From: Raillietiella orientalis
Lineage: Eukaryota
Assembly: GCA_036172245.1 (NCBI GenBank)
Contig: JAYWIR010000020.1
Span: forward strand, 2,418,001-2,482,000
Direction: 5' to 3'
DNA length: 64,000 nt
The position numbers and the translations under genes were made by a program. Every line of letters begins with the position of its first letter. Within the stretch, counting starts at the first letter, position 1. Below are positions 12,880 to 27,673 of this stretch, piece by piece. Below the pieces are notes generated by a model. It saw only the letters and a program-made list of their open reading frames with translations, did no database searches and was not told the DNA's origin.

Positions 12880-15560
12880 GAGGTAGTTGTGGGAAGAAGT
12901 TCGACAGAGGAGAGGCCAACGGGGAGGCCCAGGGTGGAGGGGAAGAGTTCATCACACCTAGGAGAAAAAAAAGGAAAATTAGAAGAAAGTAGCCCTCCAG
13001 CTAGGCAGAGAGGGGAAGCAATACAGGGTGCATGCTTTCATCGTTGGCACTCTGGAAGCCTGGGACCGAGAGAACGAGGAAGTAATGCAGGACCTTGGAA
13101 TTACAAAAAAGAACTCAGAGATGATGTTTGAAGCCTGTTGCTCCGGGACGTTTATTTTGAAACAAGAACAAAATAAACTACAAAGAGGATGGGAAGAAGG
13201 GTATCCCCTCAGAAACACGAAACGCCCCTCCCCCCTCCAAAAAAAAGAAGCTCACCCGGGATAACCACCGGCGTGCAAGCCGGTTCCAAAAACTAGGGAA
13301 CGGAGAGAGGAAACAATAAATAAATAAAACAAGACAGGAGGGTGGCGACAGGGGTCTTTGGTATGTAACATTCCTTAATTTTCAGAAACGGCTGTGGATG
13401 GTGGCTATCTCCCTGGAGACTTCTGCAGATAAGGCCATCTTGCTGCTGCCCCTATGAGGGCTGCTGCCATGCTGGTAGTCTTTCTTCGCAGAGAAGATGA
13501 GGAGCCGGATGGTGGCTTCGTGCATCCGGTACTCCAGCCACATCTGTGCAGCCCACGTCACACGAAGGGCCGACAAACAGATACAGCAGGAAAATCCCAG
13601 CTCTCTCGAGACGAAGAACAGAAAGCCGAGGAAGCGACAGAGGCGACGAACGTCCCAGATAACCAGAGAAGGAATTCCGGAAGAAGGTCAACATCCCCCC
13701 CGTAACATATTGTGAAATCGTAAACCAAAACATTCCAAAGAGTTCGGTGTCTCTTGCGTGCTCATCCGCACCCCCCCTTTCCCCCCCTCACCTCGCTCTC
13801 AAAATCACAGAGCACTTGGCAAATCCCAACGTCATCACCGGAAGGTGAAGAAGGCACTCGTGGGTACGTCACAATGCACGGGGAAACCTCAATGTCAGAA
13901 CGAAGTCTGTCAGGCTCAGGCGGTACAGGATACGACGGGTCACGTGGCATTTTTTCCTTCGTGACTTGAAGCAGTGGTCCGCAAAGCACGCGAAGCGCAT
14001 GAAGCCAGAGCGAGCACCCTGGAAGGAGTCCGCCGACCGTAGAGGAATTCCGGCCGACTGCAGTCCACGGCTGCTTGCTACAGAGAGGCAGGTGAATATG
14101 GAAGAAATTCAAGATCGGATGGGCAGGAAAGAGCATTCGAGGACTTCCCTTGAGGATCCGCGTTTTCCCCATTCCCTGAAGGATGGATAGGAGGAGTTTC
14201 GTCTCTTGCATCCCGCGGAGTATCTTGATCTTTCATATCCTTCCCAGCAGCACGCAAAACCCTCAGGGTCAAACCCGATGCACATGACGGAGCGGAGTTT
14301 CGAGCTTGGCCGAAGGTGTCGGAAGGAATGCGGAAGGAGGCAGAACGAAATCGCTCCCTGCTCAAGGGATGTTCACGGATTAAAGACAAAACGGAGAAAC
14401 TGCCAGCCTAGATAGAAAATATGAAAAAACTGGGAACATTCTTATCTGGAGGAGGCAGTCGAAGGAGCGAAGCAGGATCCCAAGTACAAGAACCTGGGGA
14501 GACGGCTGCACTCATAGCCTTGGAAATCACCGCCCGGGATAACGCAGAGGTGAGCCGCTCGAAGGAGCGGGGAGGGACCCAAACTCGAGATCGGTTCCCG
14601 CGGAAACCCTTTTGCAGAAAAGATCCGAACGCAGAGCGTGAGGAACTCAAGTCGCAGCAAAAAATTCATCCGGCCCTCTTTCCTTCAAAGTTCTCACGGG
14701 ACGTTCCCCTTTCGATTCTCGGGGAGTCGAAACTCCCTGGGCAGACTGCTCTGGGAGTTTGCGAAATTCTGGGTCTTTCATGCTCCGGCACGGAGGTACC
14801 AGAAGAACGAATAAAGATGCAGACCTCTTGAAGCTCATGGGAGAGTTACCGTGAGTTTCCCGCACACAGAAGTGACCATCTGTCAAAGGAGAAGATGAAG
14901 TCATATTCACCTTGACAGGCATAGTGATCCCCCCCCCCTCCAAAAAAAAAAAAAAACTAGTTTTTGCTGCTGTTTCAGATGCAGGCAGCCTTGCACGAAG
15001 GACCACGAAAAGGCCAATTCCTCGGAAAGTCCGAAGACCAATCTGTGTTTTCAGAGGAAGGATTCGGAGGTAAAACGATTAACTCGTGGGTGTTTTTTGA
15101 GTTATGGAAGGTGGATAAAAAAAAAGAAAAAAAAAAAAGGGGAACGAGGAAAGCGAGAATGAACTCTGTAAAGAGCAGGATGTGACGGATGCTTAGGGGA
15201 GATGAATTTTTGTCGCCCAATCATTTGGAGAAACTTGACCATCGCTCTAAGGTCTTGCATGCCGTACTCATTCTGCTGAGGCAACCCGGATGGCTACGAG
15301 CTGTTAGCTGAGGGCCTTCGGAATGGCGCTTGCAGCGGAGTGCCTTTGCGTTTCGAAACCATAACCAACATGCAGGGCCATCTCGTGAGGAGATTCGGAA
15401 AGATAAAACGTGGGGTGATCGTCCATCTCGCGGGACAATTTGGAGGCCCATCTTTGGAGATAGCGGCATCGTTTTGGGAAACGAAGAGATTGATCCCCTC
15501 CGTCCCTTTCAGCACCCGCTACTCTGGGGAGCCTGTGAAGTAGGACTACTATAGGTTACA
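12880..15560. mobile_element. Mixed LINE debris: minus-strand 3' region ~13240-13700, plus-strand ORF2 linker ~14200-14800, ORF1-like scrap ~15340-15545
   Basis: SSKMALS (13382 ORF) parallels GKMASP (10603 ORF). KLPGQT is KSPG.D-like. FGKIKRG...IPSVPFSTRYSGEP resembles L1/Tx1 ORF1 (IPS....Y.GQP). Confidence 0.45.
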
Positions 15561-18500
15561 CGAAATCTGAGAGGGAGGAAGCTTCAGATCGACATTTAAC
15601 ACTGCCACCTTAAATGTTGGCAGTTCACCAGTACAACGGTCCGGGTGAAGAAGCAAACAAACACGAGAGGGAAAACGTTTGATGAGTTTGACGTGCAGAG
15701 AAGTTTTTGCCGTCTTTCCGCGGTCAAAGGGAGAATAACAGAGTCGTCAGAAGGATTCTGTCTTCCTCCTTCGAGTATGAAAAAATTCTCACCATCACAT
15801 GCTTTCTTGAGAATTCACTTCGACCTATTTTGTAAAACGGAAGCTTATGGAGACCACTCAAGGAAACAAAGAAATGGCACGAGTTGCCCGCTTAAGGGAT
15901 GCTGGCTTGCCAAAAAAAATGCTCCACGTAAATGCAGAACTCTAAGACAAGGGGCACTCTCTGAAAACACTAGCTCACGGATACTATGCTCAGTATAGTT
16001 TTGCTAGTATAGTTGCGCACCTATTGAAAATCTATCCACTAAGCCTGTCCACGGGCGCCTCCTCAATTGGCACCTCTCCCACACTCAAGAGCGGCCTGTG
16101 GTCGTTGCGGTGTATCCACAGTCATCTCTTGTGCAAGAAGCAGAAGTAGAACAAAAATTCAGAAAGGAACGCAGGAGACCACGTGCAGACAGGAAGATTT
16201 CTGTAAAGGCATAAGGTGAAACGAAAAGAATGCTCCAACCGCGCATAGTTCTCTGTGAGAAAGATTCTTTAGCCTGTTTTCATCTACAGCTCAAGTACGT
16301 AATGCGCACAGAGGTAGATTTCTTGTTTCGGGGAGGTTTCATAGCACAAGAAAAACAAAAGCAATGGGAAAAGCTGCGTATTCCAGGATATGAGATAATT
16401 AGCGCGTGCACTTTGCTCAAGTTGCGCGGTATCGGAATACTTTCGATCTTTCCTGGTGAACAGTGAACAGGCAGCAAAAAGGGATTTTCTGGTTGCGTTC
16501 TTCCAGGGACTCGAAATCAGCGAAGCTGTGGTCAATAAGCAGCTCGGCACCAGCAGAAATCCAGGAACCGTCCACTCTGCCTGCCAGAATTCGTGATTTT
16601 ATGGGTGGGTTCACCATCAAAAGGGGACTGAGTTGGGATGATGAGAGAGGGAGTAAAGCTTTTGCCATTTTCTAATGAAAAAAGAGATGATCGAGGATTG
16701 CATCCGTATAGGGATGGGTGGCACAGTTCAACCACGCGTCGAGGACGACACACAAAGTCAACGGCTACAAGAAATCTTCAACAGGCCGATTCTCTTATTA
16801 ATAGTAAGGAAAAAACTTATTGAATATTCGTCTACGCATATGAGCATCTTTTGTAACAAAACCAAGCACTTTAGAAGCAGTAGAGTAAAAACAGGGTCTT
16901 CAGTCTTCCATCAATTTCTTTCATCAATGGGGCCTTTCACACCGCCAGCAGGCCCATCAGATGAGTGAATTTTTGCTCAAGGTTGAACACGTGTCGAATT
17001 TCAAGATTGGTGTATAACCACGAACTGCCTTTGACGTCTAGTTTTCTAAAGTTCGATGCGTCCTCTGGGAAGGTAAGGACTCTGACGTAACGGCTCAGGG
17101 GCTGGCAGCTCCTTTCTTGCACGGGAAACAGGATTTCTTCAGAAGGCAGCACGTTAAGGGCTGCCAGAGTTCGCACGCCCCGTGCCTTTGGATGAACACG
17201 GAGCTAACTGTTGGTTGTGGCACTTGAAACTTCCGCCAAGGAATCTTATTTAGCATCTACAAAAGCTGCTGCTGGAATGGCTCTGGAGAATCTTTCGCGA
17301 ATGATGACGTTTCCTCCTTGATGTTCCTTTACGGTTCCTCGGTGCTCTCTTCCGGGGTGAGAGCATGGTCCCGATCATCTGGTTGGGCTGCATTTTTTCT
17401 TCTTACATGCGTTGCATATATGCTACTTGAAAAGCGGACGCAGGTCGCAAAAGCAAATTGAAAACTCGGTCAGTGAATTATTCACCATTCATCATTCACC
17501 TCTCACCAGAAAATTGCGAAGAAAATTATATTCGAATGGTGACGCTCCTTCAGATCAATGAAACTAATTAAACGTAGTTCACTCGTGCTACTTCCATTCA
17601 CGTGCTCTATCCAAAACAAGTGCAGATTGAATTCGTAGGTCCGCACACCTCCAAAATCCAACAAAATGAGGTTAAGAAAACTCGGAGGTCTTTTCAAAAA
17701 CTTCGACAGATGCAGCGTAAGACACTGACGTTTCAAGTGGGTGGTTAGAAGGATCGAGTGAAGTTTTGTATTTGATTCCCAGCTAGGGGCTCAACGAGTT
17801 TTTCCAAGACCTCAATTCCGGTACATTCGATGGGCCTATCGGTTTCTGTGCCTGTTGTCGGAAACACCACGAAGATGAGTTTCCAGGTAAAAAGCGCCGG
17901 GCAACCGTACCTGTCTTTTTGCAAAGGATAAAAAGTTCCTCATTATCTTCTACCGGTTTGCGAAATGGGCAACCATGAATGTGTAGGTAATGGCAGAATT
18001 CTGTAGGACTGTTCGAATACCAATTTTCAGCAGCAGGCGCGCTTTCCTTAGATGATGGAGTTCTCCGTTACAATTAAGTGCTCCAGCACCGAGTTCGATT
18101 GAGAAATGGCGACATCGACAGCCCAAGTTCGTTCCTCTTCATTAGCAAAGCTGCATGCATCCGACGAATTGTATGACTCCGCGACTCTTTTACCGGCCAT
18201 CATTTATCGTATATCAACCATGCATCAGTTACCAGCTCTCGGAGAAGCCCCATTTACCCCTCATGCAATCAGGCCTCCTGGTCATCACTGTTTCAGAAGG
18301 ATACTCACACCTCCTAGGTGAGCCCAATCCCCTGATGACAAGAATTCCTCAGACGGACATAGTTCACGGGCTGCTTTTGGGGAAGTCGAAAGTGTCTCAT
18401 GAATAGAGGGACTTTCTTCGAGCCTTGGAACGCTCCTTGGATGCCTCCCTATTCACTGTCCGTTTCCCTGACATGCATGATCAGGCCTGGGATCTTCGAG

Positions 18501-21500
18501 GAGGATGTTTTTTGCTTTTCCTTCTTTCATCTTCATCTTTCCTTTCAGTCTTATTTTTCAGCTCGATTGCTCCTCATTTGAGTGCTTAATGAGCGTCTAG
18601 ATTCTTTTCATAGATCCTCACATGGATCTGCGGGCGGGCTAGAGAGAATCGTTTTCACAAGCTTCACGAGGTCGAAGAGAGCCAAGGCTTGCCGCAACAA
18701 AAACAAGAATTCTAGAACAGAGTGCACTTGGAAATCCCGCAAACTGGCTTGGCAGGAAATACCTCATCGTCTAAGGCTCATGGGTGGGTCCCGCAGTTCG
18801 TCTTTCGGCGCAAGTCCTGCAGCTTCCGTTGAAAATCCCAGGGATTTCAAAAACAAAGAACAGCACGAGAGGGTGAATGACATGACCTATTTGGTCTTTT
18901 GCAAGGAGCGCAGCAGAATCCATGACCATCCAGAGTTAGCATTTCGACTGAGAGCTGTTCTGACACATCTCAAGCAAACCGCCTCACAGACGTGTTCTGG
19001 GATCACGAATGCAACAGTGTCGTGCTGCTCACTGTGGTGTCCACCGATGGTGTCTTGACGCTTATCGTTCCTTCATCGATCATGGATTTCGGCTGGAAAA
19101 AAAAAAAAAAAAGAGAAAATAAGCGTTTCAATTATGCATAAGAATCTCAATTCCAAGGAACTTTGGAGTTCTGGAAAGACCCTTTCAAAGGTAATGCTCT
19201 TCTGTAAGAAGCAAAACGATTCTTCAGGTTCAGATTTTGGTTTTCAGAGCATGACGGAAGTGACTGCTCCGTTTGTTTTTCTGGTTCTCCCCGTCCAGAG
19301 CAGTTTCAATAAGGTGACAGACTCCAAACGACGAGCTATCAGGGAGGCTTTTGAGCCCTGTGATAAGAGACTCAACATTTATTTCTTCATTTTACGATGC
19401 AGTAGGTTTACTTTCTCAAACGTTTTTCAAGTCCCAAGTTCTCTTGGTGATTCCGAAACCAGTCCTTTTCCCCCTTTGAAGAGTTTCACAACAAATTTTT
19501 CCAGTTCAGGTGTTTTCGACTCCTGCTCACTTGATAAAGTGTTTTTCTAGAAGCAAACACCGGAACACACCAGTGTTTCCATGAATTCGAATTGCTCAAG
19601 ATTTTGCCCTCATATGTTCATGTTCTTATCTTTGTGGATTAGCCTGCATGCCTGCGGCTATATGTGATATGTGATCCCGAAAAAGCACAGTCACACACTT
19701 GTGTGCTCTCTGTGACACTGACCAAGTTTAAAAAGGGATCTCAATTTGAAGCTTCCAATACGAACAGTACAAAAGTGGTACATAGACCATAGTAAATTTC
19801 TACTGCTCTCCACAACGTCTTCTAGGTTCAGTTATCGACTCTGCATGCATAGCGTTTGCTGAAACGAGACGAATTTATGGAACACAAATAAAGCAGATCT
19901 CATTCCACGTATCACTTTTCTCCTGGGAATCTTCTTCCGAGCTCTCACTGGAGATTTCAATTCTAAGGCACCTTATCGTTCTCTCAGTGATACACGTCTT
20001 TTGTACTATACGTAGCTTGATGGCGCTGGGCTCGCATTCCTGGTGGTCATGAAAGAACGATACGGATGATGCATGTTCAAAACGCCTTCACTGTAAATTA
20101 ATAGATGAGAGTGAGTTAAGTGATCTAGATGAGTTGCATTTCTCTTTGCACAGCAAACGGTTTTTTTTTTTTTTTTTCTCCATCCAGGTTAAGAAGCGGG
20201 AAAGGGACGATGATGCTGAAAGAAATGAATCCGCTACCGTTATTCTCTTTAGATGGTAAATTCATACTAAAGAAATAATCCTTGCATAAGACCTACGCAA
20301 CCTGCGTAATCTAGAAACCCGGAGAAATCCAACTTAAATAGGAGTGTAGTAGTTTAGCGTTGGTGCAGTCTGTCTTTTGGAGCAAGAAGACCGAATAGCA
20401 AGTCAATAGATTGTCTTTTGTTACGAGTAAGCTGTGCTAAAGTGGAATTATCTTTTGATCTGTTAGACAGGGAATAAAATTTACTCAAGGAATTGGAAAA
20501 GTCAGAGAATGCCTAAAAATCATGAGGTCGAAACAACTTTGCTAAGCATCGTCTGTAGAATGAGCGATTTCTCCAGTCCCTAATGGTGATGTCTAATGAA
20601 TCCATTAGTCATCGTATCATTTCAAAATTATTTATGAAACATGTGGAACTGTAATTCCTAACAACTTGCTTCACAACACTACGATGAACGCTTTTTCCAT
20701 ACATGCGCAAAGTTGCTTGATTTCTTCATAGAGGTCACTACCGTGTTGTCTTTTTCTTTGCTGCTTTTTTCTTTACTCTCCTGGGGCACCCACTTTCATT
20801 TTCCTAACTTCTTTGCCGATAGAAAATCTTCACATAAAGAAAGAAGACGTAGCAATCTTAGACGCTGTGCACTTCAGAACATGAATAAACGAAAATATGA
20901 ATCAGCAATATGCGGAGTTTCCAAAGTTATAACTTTGATAACCGAAATTTTATGCCCCCGTCGGACTCGTGCTGAAAGTAATTATCCCTAAAAGTGATGA
21001 ATTCCTTTGAGATGGTCCTTTCCGTTTGAAAACATCTTTGAGATTTACTTTACACGATAGAAAGCGTACAGTGTGCTATCACGGTTCATTCGAAACACTT
21101 TACATGTTTATGGAACATTGATCGGCGAAGATTGGTGAGGATCGATTTGGAGCACGTAAGGGACGGTGAATAGAAAAGGAAAAACACAAAAAAAAACACG
21201 TTGTTTAGAGAATTCAACAGCTCCATCGACATCCATTTCTTGCAAAGTCTACAACCGCTTTATAAAAATCTGTTCTACCCGCAACAACCTGAATGTGACC
21301 ACTTGTCATATAACAAGCATTTCCATTCATCTTGCGGATGCTGCATGCAAATGTCCGCATTTCGTCACCCATGGTGAGCTTGCCGACTTGAATGCAGTTT
21401 TATCATTTTTGGAAAAAAAAAAAAAAAAAAGTCAGTGCTGTGAGCAGCTCTTACTTGGAAAGGCCTCCCAGAGAATCTCGAACTTGAAAAGGCCTTCACG

Positions 21501-22045
21501 AGTCCCTTAATCGACCACGCACCTTTAGTGCAAGCGCCGTAATCACGCTCTGGTTCTGTGTAATAAAAGTGCCTGCGAAATTCCAGAACAGCATTTACTT
21601 TTCTGGCCGACGTTTTATTACTTCCCTTGCACATCGCCTTCTGTAATTTCGGAAGAAATTCTTCTTGGCAAACCCAAGAGCGCTATTTCAAGAATACGCC
21701 TTTGGTCTGAAGGGATGCCTTTTTTGTGGCAACTGTTTGTTCAGTGGTGATCGACACGTCTCGTATCATCTGTCGACGGTGATTACTCGTGCGGGCTTCG
21801 AATTACTTTTAATACTTGTAAGATTAGTGACTGTCGCGTCTGTTTTAGCTTCTCACTCGACCAATGACTTTTCGTACCGTGCTCCTGGAAGGCAAGAGGC
21901 CTCTAGCACTAGAATGCATAAAAATGGAGTTTCCAATAAGATGCAGAAATGATCACGGGTTTTTTAGCATTGCCAACTCTGTAGGTTTTACAATGTATAC
22001 GGTTGTAGAAAGGAAAAGGAAGTTGTTCCTTTCAGTTAAGTGAGT

Positions 22046-22081
22046 TGTTAAGTGAGAAGAAGTTGTTCTTCTCACTTAACA
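22046..22081. repeat. Perfect 16-bp inverted repeat with a 4-nt loop
   Basis: TGTTAAGTGAGAAGAA-gttg-TTCTTCTCACTTAACA. Confidence 0.9.
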
Positions 22082-25000
22082 GCCAGCTTTGTGATCTTCG
22101 AGATCAAGGGAGCCGGACGCATCAAGAGCAATCTCGTAGAGTGAGAGGAAGACCGATGCATCTAGATGGGCACGTGCTTTCATTAGAATGAGTGTTTCAT
22201 CCTCTAAAAACAATTCTCTTCGAGTTCATCCCCTCTCTTCCTTGCTGAAATGTGGTTTGTAGAATTGTAGCTCGGTTGTTCGCTTTCAGGCTGTGCTTGG
22301 AATTCTTAATGCACCAGGAATTCGCAATCCCTCAACTTTCAAGTCGCGGACTTTCGGGAAGCTTTCAGATAGTTTCAGGGGTAGTGAAATAGGGGTTTGC
22401 TCTCCTTCCACATAAGCACATAGGATCCTCACAACCGCCATCATTAATTATGCAACCTGCTACCGTCGCTAATCTTTGATAAGCATATTGCCCACTATTC
22501 TGATTACTCTTACTTTTACGATCCCTACAACTTTTCCTTATCACTGTTATTATAACGTTACTGTCGCCTTTCATTATTGCAGTGCTCACTGTTATTCTCG
22601 TTGTTCTTGCAACGTTAAATAAACACTGAGGTCTATTATTAGTGTTTGAAGTTATGTAACCCTAATTATGAAGGTTGATTTTTTACTTGGAGTTCTTCAC
22701 TTACAGCTTTTCGTGACCTCATCCTGCAGGAGCTTCGCTTACGACTATCGGCGCTTTCGTGGTTTTTTCTTTCCTTCTATGTTTGGCAAATCTCCTTCTC
22801 CTAACTCACAATTACAAAGATGAAGACCTCTCTCGAACATATTACTGTGGGAACTTTTGCCCTCATTGCCTCCTGCTGCCTTTGCTGTTCCTCAAACCTT
22901 AATTACATTGAATTAGCTTCCCTCTTTCCTCTGTAGATTATAATCATCTGAGCAGCTACGTTTTGCTTAGAAGAATGCTTCAGACATCGTGGGAAGACGC
23001 ATCACGTCATGCTGATGTGACGGCCACGGTGTTTCCCAATTTCCATTCTACAACTTACAACTATAGAGTCCCTTCCCACTCTGCATGGATCATGCGCTCC
23101 TCTTTCTTGTGTCAAGAGAAATTCCACTTCAATCACCACTCTGCAAAATTCAACCTCTTCAAACCCTTCCTGTTTCTTCCCTTTTGCAATCCGTAGACAA
23201 CGCTTAGTAATTATCAGTGGCTTCCAGGCTTTATCAGTTGTGTTCCCTTCGAGCGTCCGGATCAAGAACTCCATGGAGGTTGTGTCTTTGTCTGGTTGGC
23301 AGCAGCAGTGTGGTGTGCGCGAAAATCGAAAACCACTCCTTTCCGCGGAAGATCTGAAACCTTGCAGATTCAACTGGGAGGAAGTCAGAAGAGACTTTCT
23401 TCAATGCCTCTTCAGTTTCTCCCGCGTAGAGGCATCAGTGTTGCGGCAACTGAAATGGGATCTTGCACGGAGATTTCATTGTCCGAAGTCCTCAAACCTT
23501 GGTAATCATGTTGAGGCTTCTGGACGCTTTTTGATAATACCAATTTCGAGTTGGAAGAATCCCACGATGATGATAATGCCTTGCAGAAAAAGCAGAGAGA
23601 CTGCTAAACAAACTCGATCTATTAGTTTCGAACCCGAGAGAAGACACCATTGGCCCCCCTCCCCCCACTCATCAGTGAACGAAAAATGCTACAAGAGAAC
23701 CGAAGCATCCAATAGTTGCGAAGAGTTTTTTAAAGTGAAAAGAAATGAGGAAGAAGGAAGAAAAAATGGTAATCACCGACATCTAATTCATGAGTTCTCT
23801 TCCTGAAGTCATGAGGCCCATAGCAAGTGCCTCAGTCCTTTGCCCCTTCACCACAAAGAATCCTTAGCAATGTAGTAAATGAGCTGGAGGAGAAACGCAA
23901 AGACAGAAACGGTATGGAAACAATAGCTTTTTTGCTTCTCCCTGGAGCCCATCATCTATAGGCAAACGATCTACTTCACCCACCTTGTCTGAAGAGTTAC
24001 CTGCAACGAGAGCACGGATCAAGAACGAAATGAAACCGCAGACGCTCGAGACTTTCTGCGACTGCAGAAGCATCCGTCATCTCTTCCGCTGATGCAAAGC
24101 AGTACTCCTTGAGGACTGGATGGTAGAGATCGAAGGAAACGGTTGTGAAGAGCGAGAGGCAATCAGTATCACAGTTCCGAGCAGACTTCTGTCACTTTTC
24201 TACCCCACTACTCGCGAACAGAAGAGATACCATCGTTTCTCGGCCTTTTATCTAAGATCAAAGTGTAGACCGATCATCTCGAGATACGGGCATCTTCCAT
24301 TCCTCCTTCAGTGCTCCAAGCCACGCACGAATCTGTGGCTTTAATGTGGAGAGTTGCTCTGCCCGAAGAGGACGGGCAAAGGCGGCTGTTGCATGGTGCG
24401 TTGTGGTCCGCCACTATTTCTGATGGATTAGAAAGAACTCCTGCGTGGATTCGATGCTGGAAGCTTTCCTTAGTTTTTCGGCTGAGACAATCAACGTTGA
24501 GAGTGTAGCCTGACTGAATGCACACTGGGGCTGATGAACCCTCTAAGAGGTGAACAAGGAGGCTTGAAGAGTTGATAGCGGTAGAAATCAGTAATCTCTG
24601 TGCTCAGGGAGTGATGGTCCAGAAAAAAACATCCCCCTCTTTTGTCTTTTCGAAGCTTCAAGCCTTAGTTTTTCTGCACGCATACCACCACGCTTGACCG
24701 GGCAACAAGAGAGAAAGTAGATGTCGCAGAAAGCAGTCGAAAGGACCAGAGGTCTATAAAACCTGACTTGCAGGTTCGCTTGGGATGCAGTCGCTTTGAA
24801 GACCGAATGGCGACAGAGGCTAGAGCTGTTCCGACAGGAGTGAAAAATCCGAGATTCCAGAGCAGGAAGTTGCGCAGGACACTGAGTAAAAGGAAGAGAA
24901 GCATGAGATGAAAGTAGGGTCTTTTCTCAAAATGCTGCTTTGATTGATTGCAACGCACTTCGCAGGATGCCATTAAACAAAGAAAACCCTCTCTTGTATT

Positions 25001-27673
25001 GTACGATTACGTGTCCTTGAGACCTGAAGAAACGTTTATAAATTACTTCGGTCAGTATTTGGATGTTTGCTTCAATGGACTTGGAAATTAAATGCCGTCT
25101 TCTGGAGAGGCAATTACCACAGGAGCTCATTAAAAATGCCAACACAAATAGGGTGGGTCTAGCGCTTCCTTTGGTTTCTTTCGCGATGCCCCATCTTTCC
25201 ACTGGTTTATCTTTATGCCACAATCGACAGATCGACTTGTGGCTCACCAGCGTCATCTGATGAGCATGTGATGAGTCTTGCTTCACAAATGCTCAAAAAA
25301 TCGAACAGAAAGCTGGAAGTTTCACGAGTTATCTGGTCCATTCCTGATATTTTTGAACGGCCTCGCTGACTCGTCACCAGAAGCGAAAAGGTTTCTTTTC
25401 AAATTCATCTCGGAGTGACCTTAATCCCAAAGATGAAATGAAACTGAATGAAGAGCAGATGGAACTTGTTTCAGTGAAGTCTAAGGTCTACTACTGAGGT
25501 CCCCATTTCGTGAAGCGGAATGCAGACTTCAGTAGCAGACCTTGGGATTTTCCTGAGGCTGTAATACGAATGGCAGATGAAGAGCTGATTTATCGTGGCA
25601 AAGCGGACCGGCGACTCGTTTTCGGAGGAGATGAGAGCATTAAATCGGTGAGAGAAAATCAGCCAACATTTTGGGCACACGAAGCAGGGATCGCAGATCC
25701 GAAAAAGAGTGGATGGAGGAATGTGTTTCACTTCGATGACCACAGTAGGCGATCGGAAGTTCGATGTGGACTGACCTGGAGCCGTTTCGTTGAATGCTTT
25801 GCTTTGAGAGAACAGGTTGCCAGATGAAAAATGGGATGAGAATTAGGTGATACCATGTTCTCACGCGCAAGGTGATTTTTCAATGTTCCAAAACATCCAG
25901 TGCACCTTACCGAATTTCTTCCTACGTGATTCTAGGAACGTTTCATTTCTTCATATGGATGATAGATGGCGGCGCACGATGCGATGCGAAAAAAAAAAAA
26001 AAAAATGCCCTTTGTCTCCACATCTTTCCATTTCTTTTTGAAAGGGGGTGATCCGGACTGCGCTAGGAAAGAAATGCAGCCCGACTGCGCCGATCACGTG
26101 TGCATGAAAGATCGACAGAGTTATGCACTCCCATAGTTCTGACTCCGCGAAAATAAAGCAGGAGGAAAGATTCCGAGAAGTCCTGTGCTCCCTGTTCCGA
26201 CAGTTTGCCCATTTCAGCAGATGACACCGTATCGGAGACGGTCAGCTTCGTGAAAGCATGTTGCAGGTGTGTGAGCACCCTGCTAGCTGGAACCGACGGT
26301 GGTTGCAAACTTTAAATTCGTCTCATGCAGATCACTTCGGACGTCTTCCCGAAGGTGAAACGCGAGTCGAAGAAGGAATTGGTATTTGGCCTGCTTCCGG
26401 CCATGAGTTCTCTTGGACGATTCTTACTTATCCCCGCGTAATTGCTCAGCTGCAGGAACGCAGCTTCCCTTTAGTCGTGCAGTGAATCCGAAGCAGAAGA
26501 AGATACAGGCGCAATCATTTTCGGAAAGATTAATTAAAAAATAATTGGTCGCTGCCTGCAGTTTTGAAACCGCGGAGGCTTCGGAGACGAGGGAGCTTAC
26601 CGATTTGATTACATGAAGGGAATTTCAGCAGCTTTTGGGAAACAAGAAGATGCGCAGGAATTAAGAACCAGTAGGAATCCCGAAACCATGAAAGTGCTCC
26701 AAGGGAAACGCTACCGAGGGATTGTGAAGCTGAAAAAAACGAAAATGATAATCAGGGAGCTTTCCGTTGTGAAACGGTTTCACGAGATTCATCTGTACCG
26801 AGTGGAATTCCTCCAGGACAACTATTGGGGAAAGAATCCTTTCGATTATGCACTTAATGCTGAACCCAAGAAGGAAGCAGGACCTTAGGCAGCACGCTTA
26901 AGACTGCAGCGCATTCAAGATGACAACCTGGAGTCAGCGTTTTTGGATTGAAGGATTTCAACAGCCATCGAGATTTGGCGGAATGAAGATGGAATTCTCC
27001 GATGATGCTCGAAGATTGAGTTTTTACTACACTTTTTCCTTCATTCGAGGTGTAGGATGGTTTTCACATTGTGGTCTCCAGCACACGGTTTCACTTTTTT
27101 TCTTGTTTTTAGATTGCAATTGTCTTGTTATCCAATATCAAAGGACCATTCTCGAAAGCCTATTTCTCTAATTAAGTAGACACCGACTTATGTCTGGCGG
27201 ACTTTGCAGTGAAGAAGAACCTGAAATATCCGTTTCCGAGGGGGGAAGCTAAAGGCGCAAAGGCAAATTGAACTCGGAAATTTCTTAAACATTTTCCAAA
27301 CTTCCTCACTCAGGAACGCTGTAAAGTTGGATGCTTTCGGTTTCTTACTTGGAAGGATCAGGAGGAAAGCTGCATAAATCTCACTTTTAGCATCCGATGA
27401 AAAGTCAGCGAGTGGAGCTTCTAATGGAATGAAAGATGTTTTTTTTTTATGATTCTGGTTTTGGAAGGAGGATGCTGCGAAGAAACGATTTCATCTGAGT
27501 GTTTACCTGAACGATGACCTCTCGAGCAAGCTCTATGAAGACGTATTCGAAGTAGCATCGCGGTTTTCTGATTGATTTTACTTCTCATTTGCAGTTAGGA
27601 ATTGAAAACATGGGTCCTTTAACCTTCTTTCGAGGATGCAGACTCAGGGGATAGCACATGGCAAACTTGAAAG

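Noticed and set aside
22480..22670. AT-rich quasi-repetitive tract
   Set aside because: It is degenerate low-complexity sequence with no defined unit.
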